Source: an uncultured Caenibius sp. (GTDB taxonomy: Bacteria > Pseudomonadota > Alphaproteobacteria > Sphingomonadales > Sphingomonadaceae). From it: DNA of 64,000 nucleotides. Shown here piece by piece: positions 9,798 through 18,956 of the stretch (positions within the stretch are counted from its first letter, which is position 1; each line of letters starts with the position of its first letter). A program made the position numbers and the translations under genes. Under the pieces are notes generated by a model, which was not told the DNA's origin, did not search any database, and saw nothing but the letters and a program-made list of their open reading frames with translations. Location of the stretch: positions 427-64,426 of the forward strand of contig CAYXMY010000001.1 in NCBI GenBank assembly GCA_964466155.1, in the 5' to 3' direction.

Positions 9798-10253
9798 TCA
9801 GTCGAGAGCAGGCGGATGCCATGCTTCCATAGGGAAATCCGGATGACCCAATTCGCAGCTGCATGGCCAGGATAACAGGATCGCCATGGTGGAAAGTGTT
9901 TCCTCCCCCGCCTTGCATTGCAGATCGAGCCAGACCCATTCCGCCCCAGGCAAACCCGTTTCCCGCCGCGAGACGGTGCCCGAATAGGTCACTTCCATTC
10001 CGGGGCAGATCGGACGGCGCATTTTGAGCCGCCAGCGCGCAATCCACGCATCCGTCCCGGCCCACTTCATCGCATAGGCGTGGAACCATCCGGTCTGTGT
10101 GGGCGCGTTCATGATGATGTCGGGCAGCTTCATGCCCTGCGCATAAGCGATATCGTGGTGCTGCGGTTGCCAGTCACGGCTGGCCGCCGCGCCTATCGCG
10201 ATATCGCGTGCGGACACGATGCGGGTGAGCGAAGGCAAGGCGTCGTCGCTCAT
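9798..10253 (-). CDS. MaoC-like (hotdog fold) dehydratase subunit
   Basis: Trimmed to MSDDALPSL..., whose ATG overlaps the upstream stop (ATGA). The 151-aa hotdog-like sequence is paired with 10250..10753, as in heteromeric ChsH1/ChsH2-type hydratases. Confidence 0.8.
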   Translation of the reverse strand: MSDDALPSLTRIVSARDIAIGAAASRDWQPQHHDIAYAQGMKLPDIIMNAPTQTGWFHAYAMKWAGTDAWIARWRLKMRRPICPGMEVTYSGTVSRRETGLPGAEWVWLDLQCKAGEETLSTMAILLSWPCSCELGHPDFPMEAWHPPALD

Positions 10254-10753
10254 GCCGAACCTTCCGCGCCATATCCGAAGAAGCGCAGCGTCTCCGCCCC
10301 GAACAGCATGCCATCCTCGGCGCAACGGTATTCCACGCGGATGGTCCAATAGCGCCCTGCCCCCAAGCGCGTGGTGCACGGCTCACCAAGGTCCACCAGA
10401 ATCTGTTCGCTGCGCACTCTCACGCCGGGGCGGATCGGTGCAGCAACTTCGCTTTCCATCTCCGCCACGATGGCCCGCGGCAGGCCAAGCCTGTCCTTGA
10501 TGAGGAAATGCAGCGCCAGCCCGCTCGTACCCGCATCGCCATCGGGATGCCACATCACCGGGCGGTTCCACGCCGAAAGCAGCGCGGGCGGCGCGATCAT
10601 GTCGGCCGGATCGTCCACCCAGTAAGCGGGCGTGCCGTCCTTCACGGCGGCGGCGAACAGGCGGATCGCGCCCGCTTCCACCGCGCCGTCGCTCACTTGC
10701 GCAAACTGCGGCTTGCCCATCAATGCGGCCAGATCGTCCGGTATGCCGGTCAT
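10250..10753 (-). CDS. MaoC/FAS1-like N-terminal hotdog dehydratase subunit
   Basis: 167 aa, translationally coupled to 9798..10253. Confidence 0.8.
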   Translation of the reverse strand: MTGIPDDLAALMGKPQFAQVSDGAVEAGAIRLFAAAVKDGTPAYWVDDPADMIAPPALLSAWNRPVMWHPDGDAGTSGLALHFLIKDRLGLPRAIVAEMESEVAAPIRPGVRVRSEQILVDLGEPCTTRLGAGRYWTIRVEYRCAEDGMLFGAETLRFFGYGAEGSA

Positions 10754-10774
10754 CGCCCCATGCCCCCCTCCTGC

Positions 10775-11962
10775 CTATTTCAGCGGCAGACCGAGCCCGC
10801 GCCGGGCGATGATGTTCTTCTGCACTTCGGAAGTGCCGCCGCCGATCGTGTCGAGCGGAGTGGTCTGGTAGAAATGTTCCCACACCCCATTGTCCACCGC
10901 ATGATCGGCCCCTTGGCGCAAGAGCCCGGCGGGGCCGAGATGGTCGAGCACGAAATCGGTGATGACCTGCCCCAGCCGCGTGGCGAAGACCTTGTACATC
11001 GCCGCTTCCACCGCAGGCACCTGTCCTTTGGCTGCGGCATCGACCACCCGCCGTTGCAGCATCTTGGCGGTTTCCACTTCCGCCCCCAATCGCCCGACCT
11101 GCCGCCGCACGCCGATATCGTCGGCCAGCGGCGCACCGTTGCGATCCGTCGTGCGCAGCGCTTCCAGCGCCCGCTCGAACTTCTGCAGCAGCGGGTTGAT
11201 CGTGTAGAAGGTGAAGCGTTCGAAATCGAGCGCTTCGCAGACATAGGTCCAGCCCTTGTTCAATTCGCCGACCAGCGTTTCCGGGCCGATGCGGACATTG
11301 TCGAAGAACACTTCGTTGGTGTGGTGGTAGCCCATGGTCACGATCGGACGCACCGTCAGCCCCGGATGATCCATGCCGATCAGAAACACGCTGATCCCTT
11401 TGTGCTTGGGCGCATCGGGATCGGTACGCGCGGCGACCCAGTACCATTCCGCAAAGTTGGCCGACGTGGTCCAGACTTTCTGCCCGTTGAGCACCCAGCC
11501 ATCCCCGTCGCGTTCCGCCTTCAGTTTCAGGCTGGCCAGATCGGACCCGGAACCGGGCTCCGAATAGCCCAGCGCGAATTCCACTTCGGCATCGAGGATC
11601 AGCGGCAGGAAGCGCCGCTTCATGTCTTCCGAGCCGTGGCGGATGATCGTCTTGCCGATGCAGCCCACGCCCTTGCCGATCAGCGGCGCGCCGCGCAGCG
11701 CCAGTTCCTCGTTCAACAGGTATTCGAAAATGCCGGGAACGTCCTGCCCGCCATACTCCTTCGGCCAGGACATGCCGAGATAGCCCTTGCCCGCCATGCG
11801 CTTGCAGAACGCCCGCCGTTCCGGGCTGTTGGCGAGCTGCGAATGGGCATCGCGGTCCGGCGCCATGAATTCCGTCGCGTCCGGATGCTGCGCCTGTGCA
11901 TCGAGGAAAGCGCGCACGCCAGCGGCGAATTGCTGCTCTTCAGCGGTCAGTTTAAAATCCAT
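10775..11962 (-). CDS. Acyl-CoA dehydrogenase family protein
   Basis: Trimmed to MDFKLTAEEQQF.... 395 aa with an ACAD layout (GYSEPGSGSDLASL, WTTSANFAEW, GGGTSEVQKNIIA). Confidence 0.9.
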   Translation of the reverse strand: MDFKLTAEEQQFAAGVRAFLDAQAQHPDATEFMAPDRDAHSQLANSPERRAFCKRMAGKGYLGMSWPKEYGGQDVPGIFEYLLNEELALRGAPLIGKGVGCIGKTIIRHGSEDMKRRFLPLILDAEVEFALGYSEPGSGSDLASLKLKAERDGDGWVLNGQKVWTTSANFAEWYWVAARTDPDAPKHKGISVFLIGMDHPGLTVRPIVTMGYHHTNEVFFDNVRIGPETLVGELNKGWTYVCEALDFERFTFYTINPLLQKFERALEALRTTDRNGAPLADDIGVRRQVGRLGAEVETAKMLQRRVVDAAAKGQVPAVEAAMYKVFATRLGQVITDFVLDHLGPAGLLRQGADHAVDNGVWEHFYQTTPLDTIGGGTSEVQKNIIARRGLGLPLK

Positions 11963-11970
11963 GATGCGTC

Positions 11971-14900
11971 CTATGCCGTCTCGAGTTCGGCCACAGCGTC
12001 GGCCACTTCCTTGCGGACCTGTTCCAGCTTGGTTTCCTTGACCACGCCGTAGCCTTTCACCCCTTCGTAAGCGGCGGCGATGGCGGCCAGTTGGGGGAGA
12101 TTGTCCGGCGTGGCCCGGGCCAGCAACCGTTCCACCAGCGCTTCGTATTCGCTGCCCAGCGCGCGTTCCATTCGGCGGTGGGCATTGCGCCCGAACAGGT
12201 CGAACGCGGTGCCGCGCAGCCCCTGCATCCCCGCCAGCGCGCGATAGAGATGCAGCACCCACGGGCCGAATTCACGCTTACGCTCCCGCCCGTCAGGCCC
12301 GCGCCGCGAAATCAGCGGCGGGGCGAGATTGAAGCGCAGCTTCACATCGCCTTCGAACGTCTCCGCCAGCCGCCGCTGCAAGGAACCGTCGCTGAACAGG
12401 CGGGCGACTTCGTATTCGTCCTTGTAATAGAGCGCTTTGGCATAGCCGCGCGCCACCGCTGGGGTCAGGCAATCCGCCGTTCCGGTCAGCGCACGCTCCG
12501 CCTCTGCAACGCGGCCGACAAGCGCACGATAGCGCTCTGCCAGCGGTGCGCCATCGAATGCGGCCAGCAGCCCGGCCCAATCGTCCACTAGCTGCTTGGG
12601 CGTGCGCCGTTCGGCAGGCTGATCGCCCCCCGCTATCCACCGCGCAGGCGCATCGGCATCGACGGCGGCAATCCGGCCAAGCTGGAACGCGGTGAGATTC
12701 AGCGTCACCGCCGCGCCGTTCAGCCGGATCGCCGTTTGCAGCGCATCCAGCGATAGCGGGATCAGCCCCTTCTGCCAGGCATAGCCGACCATCAGCATGT
12801 TCGCGCCGATGGCATCGCCCAGTTGGGACACCGCAATCGCCGTCGCATCGATCCCGGACAGCGCGCTTTCGCCCGCCTTCGCCGCGATCACATCGGCCAG
12901 CTTGCCAGCGCTGAAATCAAGATCGGGATTGGTGGCGAAAGCCGATGTCGGCGCGACGAAGCGGTTGAACACCACGTGCGTGCGGCCCCGCGCCATCTTG
13001 GAGAGACTTTCCGCCGAGGCGGCCACCACCAGATCGCAGCCCAGTACCACATCGGCGCGGCCTTCGGGGATGCGCGGCACGTGTCCGGTGGATTCCCCGC
13101 GCGTCAGCCGCACATGGCTCGTCACCGGGCCGTTGCGCTGGGCAAGGCCGGAAAGGTCGAGCACCGTCACCCCCAGCCCGTCGATATGCGCCGCCATGCC
13201 GAGGATCGCCCCGATGGTGACCACGCCATTGCCGCCGATCCCGGCCACCACCGTGCTGTGCATGCCGGTGATTTCGGGAAGTTGCGGCAGGGGCAGATCC
13301 ACCCCGCCGATGATCGCGTCGAGCTTGCCCGGCTGCGCCTTGCGCGGCGTGCCGCCTTCGACGGTAACGAAGCTGGGGCACAACCCTTTGACACAACTGA
13401 AATCCTTGTTGCAGACCGACTGATTGATCCGCCGCTTGCGCCCGAAAGTGGTTTCTTCCGGTTCGATCGCCACGCAGTTCGACTGGATGCCGCAATCGCC
13501 GCAGCCTTCGCAGACATCGGCATGGATGAACATGCGCTTGTCGACATCGGGCACTTTGCCACGCTTGCGCAGGCGGCGGCGCTCGGTGGCGCAGGCCTGA
13601 TCGTAGATGATCGCGGTGACGCCCTGCACTTCGCGCATCGTCTGCTGTACCCGATCCAGCGTATCACGATGATGGAAGGTCACCCCCGGCGGGAAATCCT
13701 TGGGATCGTGGCGCGCGGGATCGTCCGCCACCACCGCGATTTTCTTCACCCCTTCGGCATGCAATTGCCCCGCGACATGCGGCGCGGAGATGCTGCCATC
13801 GAAGGATTCGCCTTCGATGGGCTGGCCGCCCGTCATCGCAATCGCACCGTTGAGCAGGATCTTGTACGTGATGTTGACGCCAGCCGTGACACAGGCGCGG
13901 ATCGCCAGCAGGCCGGAATGGAAATAGGTGCCATCGCCCAGATTCTGGAAGATGTGATCCATTTCCATGAACGGCGCCTGCCCGATCCACGCGGCCCCTT
14001 CCCCACCCATGTGATAGATCGTGATCGTGTGCCGGTCGGGCAGCCAGGTGGCGAGGCCGTGGCAGCCGATCCCGCCCATCGCCACCGAACCATCAGGCAC
14101 GCGGGTGGAGGTGTTGTGCGGGCACCCGGCGCAGAAGCTCGGCATGCGTACCAGCCCGGCGGCTGCGGCGGTCACTTCGGCGGCGGCTACGTCCGGTTCG
14201 TTGGTGGCAAGCATGCGCTGCAAGTCTTCGCCCGGATTGTGTGCCAGCAGGCGGCTGCGCAACGCCTGCATCACGCTGGCCGGGGCCAGTTCGCCCACTT
14301 GCGACAGCAGCGGCGCGCCAGACAGGTCCCGCTTGCCGGTCAGGGCCGGGCGGCGATCCGCAGGCAGGTTGTAGAGGATATGGGCAAGCTGCTCCTCGAT
14401 GACCGGGCGTTTTTCCTCGATCACCAGCAACTCGTCGCAGCCTTCGGCGAAAGCCTTGATCCCTTCGGGCTCCAGCGGCCAGCTCATCCCCACCTTGTAG
14501 AGCGCGATCCCCGCCGCTTCGGCCCGCGCGGTATCGAGCCCCAGCGCATCGAGCGCTTCCAGCGTGTCGAGCGTCGCCTTGCCGGTGGTGACGATGCCCA
14601 GCCGCCGCTGTCCACGCCCGCCCAGCACTTGCCGGTCGATCCCGTTGGCACGGGCGAAAGCCTTCACCGCTTCCAGCCGGTGATCCATCTGCTTGGCTTC
14701 GGCCACGATCGGCATCACGCCAAGCTGGATATTCAGCCCGCCGGGCGGCAGCGCATAGTCTTCGGGCAGGCGAAACCGCAGCCGCTCCGGCGCAACATCG
14801 ACGCGGGAGGAGGATTCGATCGTATCCGTGATGCATTTGAACCCGACCCACGCGCCCGAATAGCGCGACATGGCGAAACCGGCGAGCCCGAGATCGAGAT

Positions 14901-15426
14901 AATCCTGCACATGCGCGGGATTGAACACCGGCATGCCGAAATGGATCAGCGCATGATCGCTCTGATGCGCGACGGTGGAGGAACGCGCGGCGTGATCGTC
15001 CCCACACAGCACCAGCACCCCGCCGTTCTTCGCCGCACCGGCAAAGCTGCCGTGCTTGAGCGGATCGCCCGAACGGTCCACCCCCGGCCCCTTGCCGTAC
15101 CACATGGCGAAAACGCCATCGTGCTTCGCCTTGCCGATCAGCCCGGTCTGCTGTGTGCCCCATACGGCGGTGGCGGCCAGATCCTCGTTCACGCCCGGCT
15201 GGAAATGGATGGCATGCTGATCGAGAAATTCCCGCGCCTGCCACAGGGCGAGATCGTAAATGCCCAGCGGCGAACCGCGATAGCCGGAGATGAAACCCGC
15301 CGTGTTCAGCCCGGCTTCCCGATCCCGCATGGCCTGCATGATCGGCAGGCGCACCAGCGCCTGATTGCCGGTGAGGTACACATGGCCGCTGGTAGCGCGA
15401 TATTTATCGTCGAGGCTGACCGTCAT
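11971..15426 (-). CDS. Indolepyruvate/2-oxoacid:ferredoxin oxidoreductase family protein (fused alpha-beta, 1151 aa)
   Basis: TPP motif GDGTYFHSG, ferredoxin-like Cys cluster CEGCGDCGIQSNC, N-terminal GNQALVRLP...GYRGSPL. Size is typical of fused IorAB-like proteins. Confidence 0.9.
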   Translation of the reverse strand: MTVSLDDKYRATSGHVYLTGNQALVRLPIMQAMRDREAGLNTAGFISGYRGSPLGIYDLALWQAREFLDQHAIHFQPGVNEDLAATAVWGTQQTGLIGKAKHDGVFAMWYGKGPGVDRSGDPLKHGSFAGAAKNGGVLVLCGDDHAARSSTVAHQSDHALIHFGMPVFNPAHVQDYLDLGLAGFAMSRYSGAWVGFKCITDTIESSSRVDVAPERLRFRLPEDYALPPGGLNIQLGVMPIVAEAKQMDHRLEAVKAFARANGIDRQVLGGRGQRRLGIVTTGKATLDTLEALDALGLDTARAEAAGIALYKVGMSWPLEPEGIKAFAEGCDELLVIEEKRPVIEEQLAHILYNLPADRRPALTGKRDLSGAPLLSQVGELAPASVMQALRSRLLAHNPGEDLQRMLATNEPDVAAAEVTAAAAGLVRMPSFCAGCPHNTSTRVPDGSVAMGGIGCHGLATWLPDRHTITIYHMGGEGAAWIGQAPFMEMDHIFQNLGDGTYFHSGLLAIRACVTAGVNITYKILLNGAIAMTGGQPIEGESFDGSISAPHVAGQLHAEGVKKIAVVADDPARHDPKDFPPGVTFHHRDTLDRVQQTMREVQGVTAIIYDQACATERRRLRKRGKVPDVDKRMFIHADVCEGCGDCGIQSNCVAIEPEETTFGRKRRINQSVCNKDFSCVKGLCPSFVTVEGGTPRKAQPGKLDAIIGGVDLPLPQLPEITGMHSTVVAGIGGNGVVTIGAILGMAAHIDGLGVTVLDLSGLAQRNGPVTSHVRLTRGESTGHVPRIPEGRADVVLGCDLVVAASAESLSKMARGRTHVVFNRFVAPTSAFATNPDLDFSAGKLADVIAAKAGESALSGIDATAIAVSQLGDAIGANMLMVGYAWQKGLIPLSLDALQTAIRLNGAAVTLNLTAFQLGRIAAVDADAPARWIAGGDQPAERRTPKQLVDDWAGLLAAFDGAPLAERYRALVGRVAEAERALTGTADCLTPAVARGYAKALYYKDEYEVARLFSDGSLQRRLAETFEGDVKLRFNLAPPLISRRGPDGRERKREFGPWVLHLYRALAGMQGLRGTAFDLFGRNAHRRMERALGSEYEALVERLLARATPDNLPQLAAIAAAYEGVKGYGVVKETKLEQVRKEVADAVAELETA

Positions 15427-15830
15427 GCCGCGGCCGTTTCCATCAGTTCGACTGTGACGCCCTGCCCATCCTGAATCTGCGCGGCGCGCACGCCGGGGCG
15501 CACATCGCGCGGCGGCACCGGAATGGGGAAACCCGCAACACGCGCCGCATCGACCACCGCATCGAGATTGGTGACCGCCAGCGTCAGATAGCGCAGGCCG
15601 GTTTCGGCATCGAACGCGCCGCTATCCGCCTTGCGCGCCACCTGTGCATCGGGGATGCACAACCGCAGGATCGCGTTGCCGACCTGCAGCCGCACGATGG
15701 TCATTCCCGGAAAGCTCACTTCGCCCTCAACCGGAAAGCCGAGCAACCCATTCCAGAACGCCAAGGCCCCATCGCGATCGTTGGTGACGATCCCGACATC
15801 GATATGCGGCTGTGCCAGTTGCGCGGCCAT
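15423..15830 (-). CDS. VOC (glyoxalase/bleomycin-resistance/dioxygenase) family protein
   Basis: Trimmed to MAAQLAQPHIDVGIV.... 135 aa. Its start overlaps the upstream stop (TAATG) and its stop overlaps the downstream start (ATGA). Confidence 0.8.
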   Translation of the reverse strand: MAAQLAQPHIDVGIVTNDRDGALAFWNGLLGFPVEGEVSFPGMTIVRLQVGNAILRLCIPDAQVARKADSGAFDAETGLRYLTLAVTNLDAVVDAARVAGFPIPVPPRDVRPGVRAAQIQDGQGVTVELMETAAA

Positions 15831-16765
15831 TATGCTCTCCGTCCCGTTTCTTCGATGCTTTCGGCGGTGAGGCCATGGTGCCCCCAAATATCGCCCGGCC
15901 CGCGATATTTCGGCGTCCAGTCCGGCCCAACCTGAATCGCGCCCCAGCCGATCTCGACTTCCACGCCCGAAGGCGATTCGACGTAGAACGACACGATCCG
16001 GTCGTTCGAATGGCGGCCGAGCGAAGCGGTGATCCTGCACCCTGCCGCGATCACGCGGTCATAGGCCTGCCCCACCATGTCGAGATCGCTCGCCTCGAAC
16101 ATGATGTGATGCACGCCGTTGATCGGCGCGACTTTCATCAGCCCCACCGTGTGATGGCGCCGGTTGATGTGGAAGAAATTGACCGTCTGATCCGGCCCGA
16201 CATGATAATAATCGGTCAGCCGGAAACCGAGCACACGGGTATAGAAATCGCAATTCGCCTCATAATTCGCCGCGAACAGGTTGATGTGCCCCATGCCCAT
16301 CGCCCCGGTGAGGAACGTCATGCCGCGTGCATTGCGGTAATCGTTCGTCACCAGCGGGCCGTAGAACAGTTCGATCGCGTTGCCCGCCGGGTCCTGCGTG
16401 AAGCCGATGCCGGTCACCGCGCGGGCGGTGCATTCCTCCGCACTCCCGCACCGTGCGGGGAAACCGGCCGCTTCCAGTTCCGCCAGGGCCGCATCCAGTT
16501 CGAACGGCCCGCGCACTTCCAGCCCCATGTAGCGCAGCCCCGGCGCGCCCGCTGCGGGATGGATGCCCAGCCGCCAAGACCAGTCATCGATTCGGAAAAA
16601 AGCCGAGCCATCGGCCAAGCGGCCATCGTCACCCGCACCGGGGACATAGGCTTCCATACCCGGCGCCCGGCCAAGGTCGACCCCCAGAATATCGCGCCCG
16701 AAGGCGATCCACGCCTCCACATCGGGCACATTGAGGCCGACATACCCCAGACCGAGAATTTGCAT
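15830..16765 (-). CDS. Type I extradiol ring-cleavage dioxygenase (BphC/HsaC-like)
   Basis: Trimmed to MQILGLGYVGLNV.... 311 aa, two-domain VOC. Contains HINLFA, HHTVGL and HIMFE motifs typical of 2,3-dihydroxybiphenyl-type dioxygenases. Confidence 0.85.
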   Translation of the reverse strand: MQILGLGYVGLNVPDVEAWIAFGRDILGVDLGRAPGMEAYVPGAGDDGRLADGSAFFRIDDWSWRLGIHPAAGAPGLRYMGLEVRGPFELDAALAELEAAGFPARCGSAEECTARAVTGIGFTQDPAGNAIELFYGPLVTNDYRNARGMTFLTGAMGMGHINLFAANYEANCDFYTRVLGFRLTDYYHVGPDQTVNFFHINRRHHTVGLMKVAPINGVHHIMFEASDLDMVGQAYDRVIAAGCRITASLGRHSNDRIVSFYVESPSGVEVEIGWGAIQVGPDWTPKYRGPGDIWGHHGLTAESIEETGRRA

Positions 16766-16927
16766 CGCCTGCTCCCATTCGTTATTTATAGATACTATTA
16801 GTACCGTTATTTTTGTCAATATGCGCTCGCAAGCAGAGCCGATGCAACGGTAAGACTGGACAAGCCAAAAAGTTATGAGTACCGATAGTTTCGTTAATGG
16901 CGAAGCCAAAGTGGGAGACGCGAGAGA
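16766..16927. promoter_or_regulatory. AT-rich divergent promoter/operator region
   Basis: Lies between two divergent operons. Contains an 11/14 direct repeat, attagtaccgttat (16797-16810) and atgagtaccgatag (16875-16888), and the inverted half-sites taccgtt / aacggta. Confidence 0.4.
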
Positions 16928-18058
16928 ATGGATCTGAGCCTGTCCGGGGAACAGGAGGCGCTGCAGCGCTCCATCCGTTCCCTGTGTGAAGATCGGTTCA
17001 CCACCGCAGCCATGCGGGCCTGCGAGGACGATCCCACGGCCGCATTGGCGATTTACGAAGACCTCTCCGCGCTCGGCCTTGGCGGCATCCTGATCCGTGA
17101 GGAAGCGGGCGGGCTGGGTCTCGGCATGACCGAAATGGTCGTGGCTCAGGCCGAACTCGGCCGGGCACTGGTGCCGCTGCTGTTCACCGAAAGCACCGTG
17201 CTCGCCGCCACTCTGCTCGCGGATAGCGCGGACGAAACGGCGCGAAGCGTTCTTGCCGCACTTGCCATGGGAGAAAAGCGCGCGACTTGCGCCTGGCAGG
17301 AAAGCGGGCGCGTTCCTGTGGATGGACCGCAGGCCGCACGGCTGACCATGACCGATGGCACGGCGCACTTGTCCGGCGAAAAATGCTTCGTGCCCGAAGT
17401 GCGCCTTGCCGACTACATCCTCGTTCATGCGAGCGATGACGCGGGCAGCCCTGCCCTGTGCCTTGTCGAACGCGGGGCGGGAGGCATGGCCATTTCCGAT
17501 CAACCCAACATGGCGGATCTCGCCATGGCCAACCTGCGCTTCACCGATACGCCGGTGCTGGCCGTCGCCGCGCATGGCGATGCGGCCATGGCTGCGTGGG
17601 ACAAAGCACTGACCGCGATGAAGATCGCCATCGCCGCCCAGGCCATCGGCGGGGCGGAAATAGCGCTCACCATGGCGCGCGACTATGCCGCCACCCGCCA
17701 GCAATTCGGCCAGCCCATCGGCGCGTTCCAGTCTATTGCACACTATCTCGCCGATGCGGCGGTCAATGTCGAAGGGGCGCGGATGCTGGTCTATCGCGCG
17801 GCCTCCGCCGCTGACGATGGCGATCCCGCCCGCACCTGGGCGGACATGGCCAAGATGAAGGCCTGCCAAGTCTATCGCGACGTTTCCGCGCTTTCCATCC
17901 AGATTCACGGCGGCATCGGCTTCACGCTGGAAGCCGATCCGCAACTCTACTTCCGAAGGGCAAAGCATTTGCAACTGATGTACGGCGATCCGCTCGATCT
18001 GCAGGAACGGACGGGCGACGCGCTGATCGCGGGCACGCACAAGGTGCTGGAAGCATGA
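16928..18058 (+). CDS. Acyl-CoA dehydrogenase family protein (possibly the non-catalytic or partner subunit type)
   Basis: 376 aa with an ACAD layout. The C-terminal region reads LMYGDPLDLQ where MCAD-type enzymes have YEGT. Confidence 0.85.
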   Translation: MDLSLSGEQEALQRSIRSLCEDRFTTAAMRACEDDPTAALAIYEDLSALGLGGILIREEAGGLGLGMTEMVVAQAELGRALVPLLFTESTVLAATLLADSADETARSVLAALAMGEKRATCAWQESGRVPVDGPQAARLTMTDGTAHLSGEKCFVPEVRLADYILVHASDDAGSPALCLVERGAGGMAISDQPNMADLAMANLRFTDTPVLAVAAHGDAAMAAWDKALTAMKIAIAAQAIGGAEIALTMARDYAATRQQFGQPIGAFQSIAHYLADAAVNVEGARMLVYRAASAADDGDPARTWADMAKMKACQVYRDVSALSIQIHGGIGFTLEADPQLYFRRAKHLQLMYGDPLDLQERTGDALIAGTHKVLEA

Positions 18059-18954
18059 GTACGCGCTTGCTCGAAGGGCGCCCGGCCATCGTCACCGGCG
18101 CTGCGGGCGGCATCGGCCGGGGGCATGTCCTCCACCTCGCCGCCGCCGGTGCGCCGGTCGTCATCAACGATATCAACGGCGAAGCGGCCGAAGCGCTGGC
18201 GCGGGACGTTATCGCGGCCGGGGGGCAGGCGCTCGTTTCCACTCACGATATCGGCACGCGCGAAGGGGCCGAAACCTTGGTGCAAGCCTGCTGCAAAGCG
18301 TTCGGCAGCGTCTGCATCCTCGTCAACAACGCGGGCAACCTGCGCGACAAGACTCTGCTCAAGATGACGGACGACGATCTCGACGCGGTGCTGACCGTCC
18401 ATGTCAAAGGCACGTTTCTGTGCACCCAAGCCGCCGCGCGGGCGATGGTCGAACAGGGCGCGGGTGGCGCGGTGGTCAACACCACTTCGGGCGGCCATTT
18501 CGGCAGCTTCGGCCAGACCGCCTATTCCGCCGCCAAAGGCGCCATCGCTTCGATGACATACACCTGGGCGCTGGAACTGGCGCGTTACGGCATCCGCGTG
18601 AACGCCATCGGCCCGCTGGGCACCACGGCCATGTCGAAAACCTACCGCGACGCCGATGGCAAGCCGGGGCAGGATTTCGATCCCACGCTGAACGGCCCCG
18701 CCGTGGTTTACCTGTGCAGCGACGAGGCGGCCAACGTTTCGGGCCAGGTCTTCGGCACCGGGGGTGAGCGTCTTTCCCATATGGTGCAGCCGCATTACGG
18801 CAAGACGCTGATCCAGCCCGGCGGGTGGGATGTGGACAGCATCCGCCGCCATTTCCAGACGCAGATGCCCGGCCAGTTCGGCGCGTTCGGCATCCTCGGC
18901 AAGCCTTATCCCTTCCACGGCGGCATCCATCCTCCCGCCGCCAGGGAGGATTGA
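18055..18954 (+). CDS. Short-chain dehydrogenase/reductase (SDR)
   Basis: TGAAGGIG Rossmann motif, NNAG, and YSAAK catalytic Tyr/Lys. ATGA overlap with the upstream gene. Confidence 0.9.
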   Translation: MSTRLLEGRPAIVTGAAGGIGRGHVLHLAAAGAPVVINDINGEAAEALARDVIAAGGQALVSTHDIGTREGAETLVQACCKAFGSVCILVNNAGNLRDKTLLKMTDDDLDAVLTVHVKGTFLCTQAAARAMVEQGAGGAVVNTTSGGHFGSFGQTAYSAAKGAIASMTYTWALELARYGIRVNAIGPLGTTAMSKTYRDADGKPGQDFDPTLNGPAVVYLCSDEAANVSGQVFGTGGERLSHMVQPHYGKTLIQPGGWDVDSIRRHFQTQMPGQFGAFGILGKPYPFHGGIHPPAARED

Positions 18955-18956
18955 CG

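Noticed and set aside
12823-15474. 883-aa plus-strand ORF (plus 14093..15244 and others) antisense to the IOR-like gene
   Set aside because: Same shadow-ORF phenomenon. The composition is dominated by R, G, A, H and D, and there is no start-site context. The minus strand carries clear TPP and Fe-S motifs.
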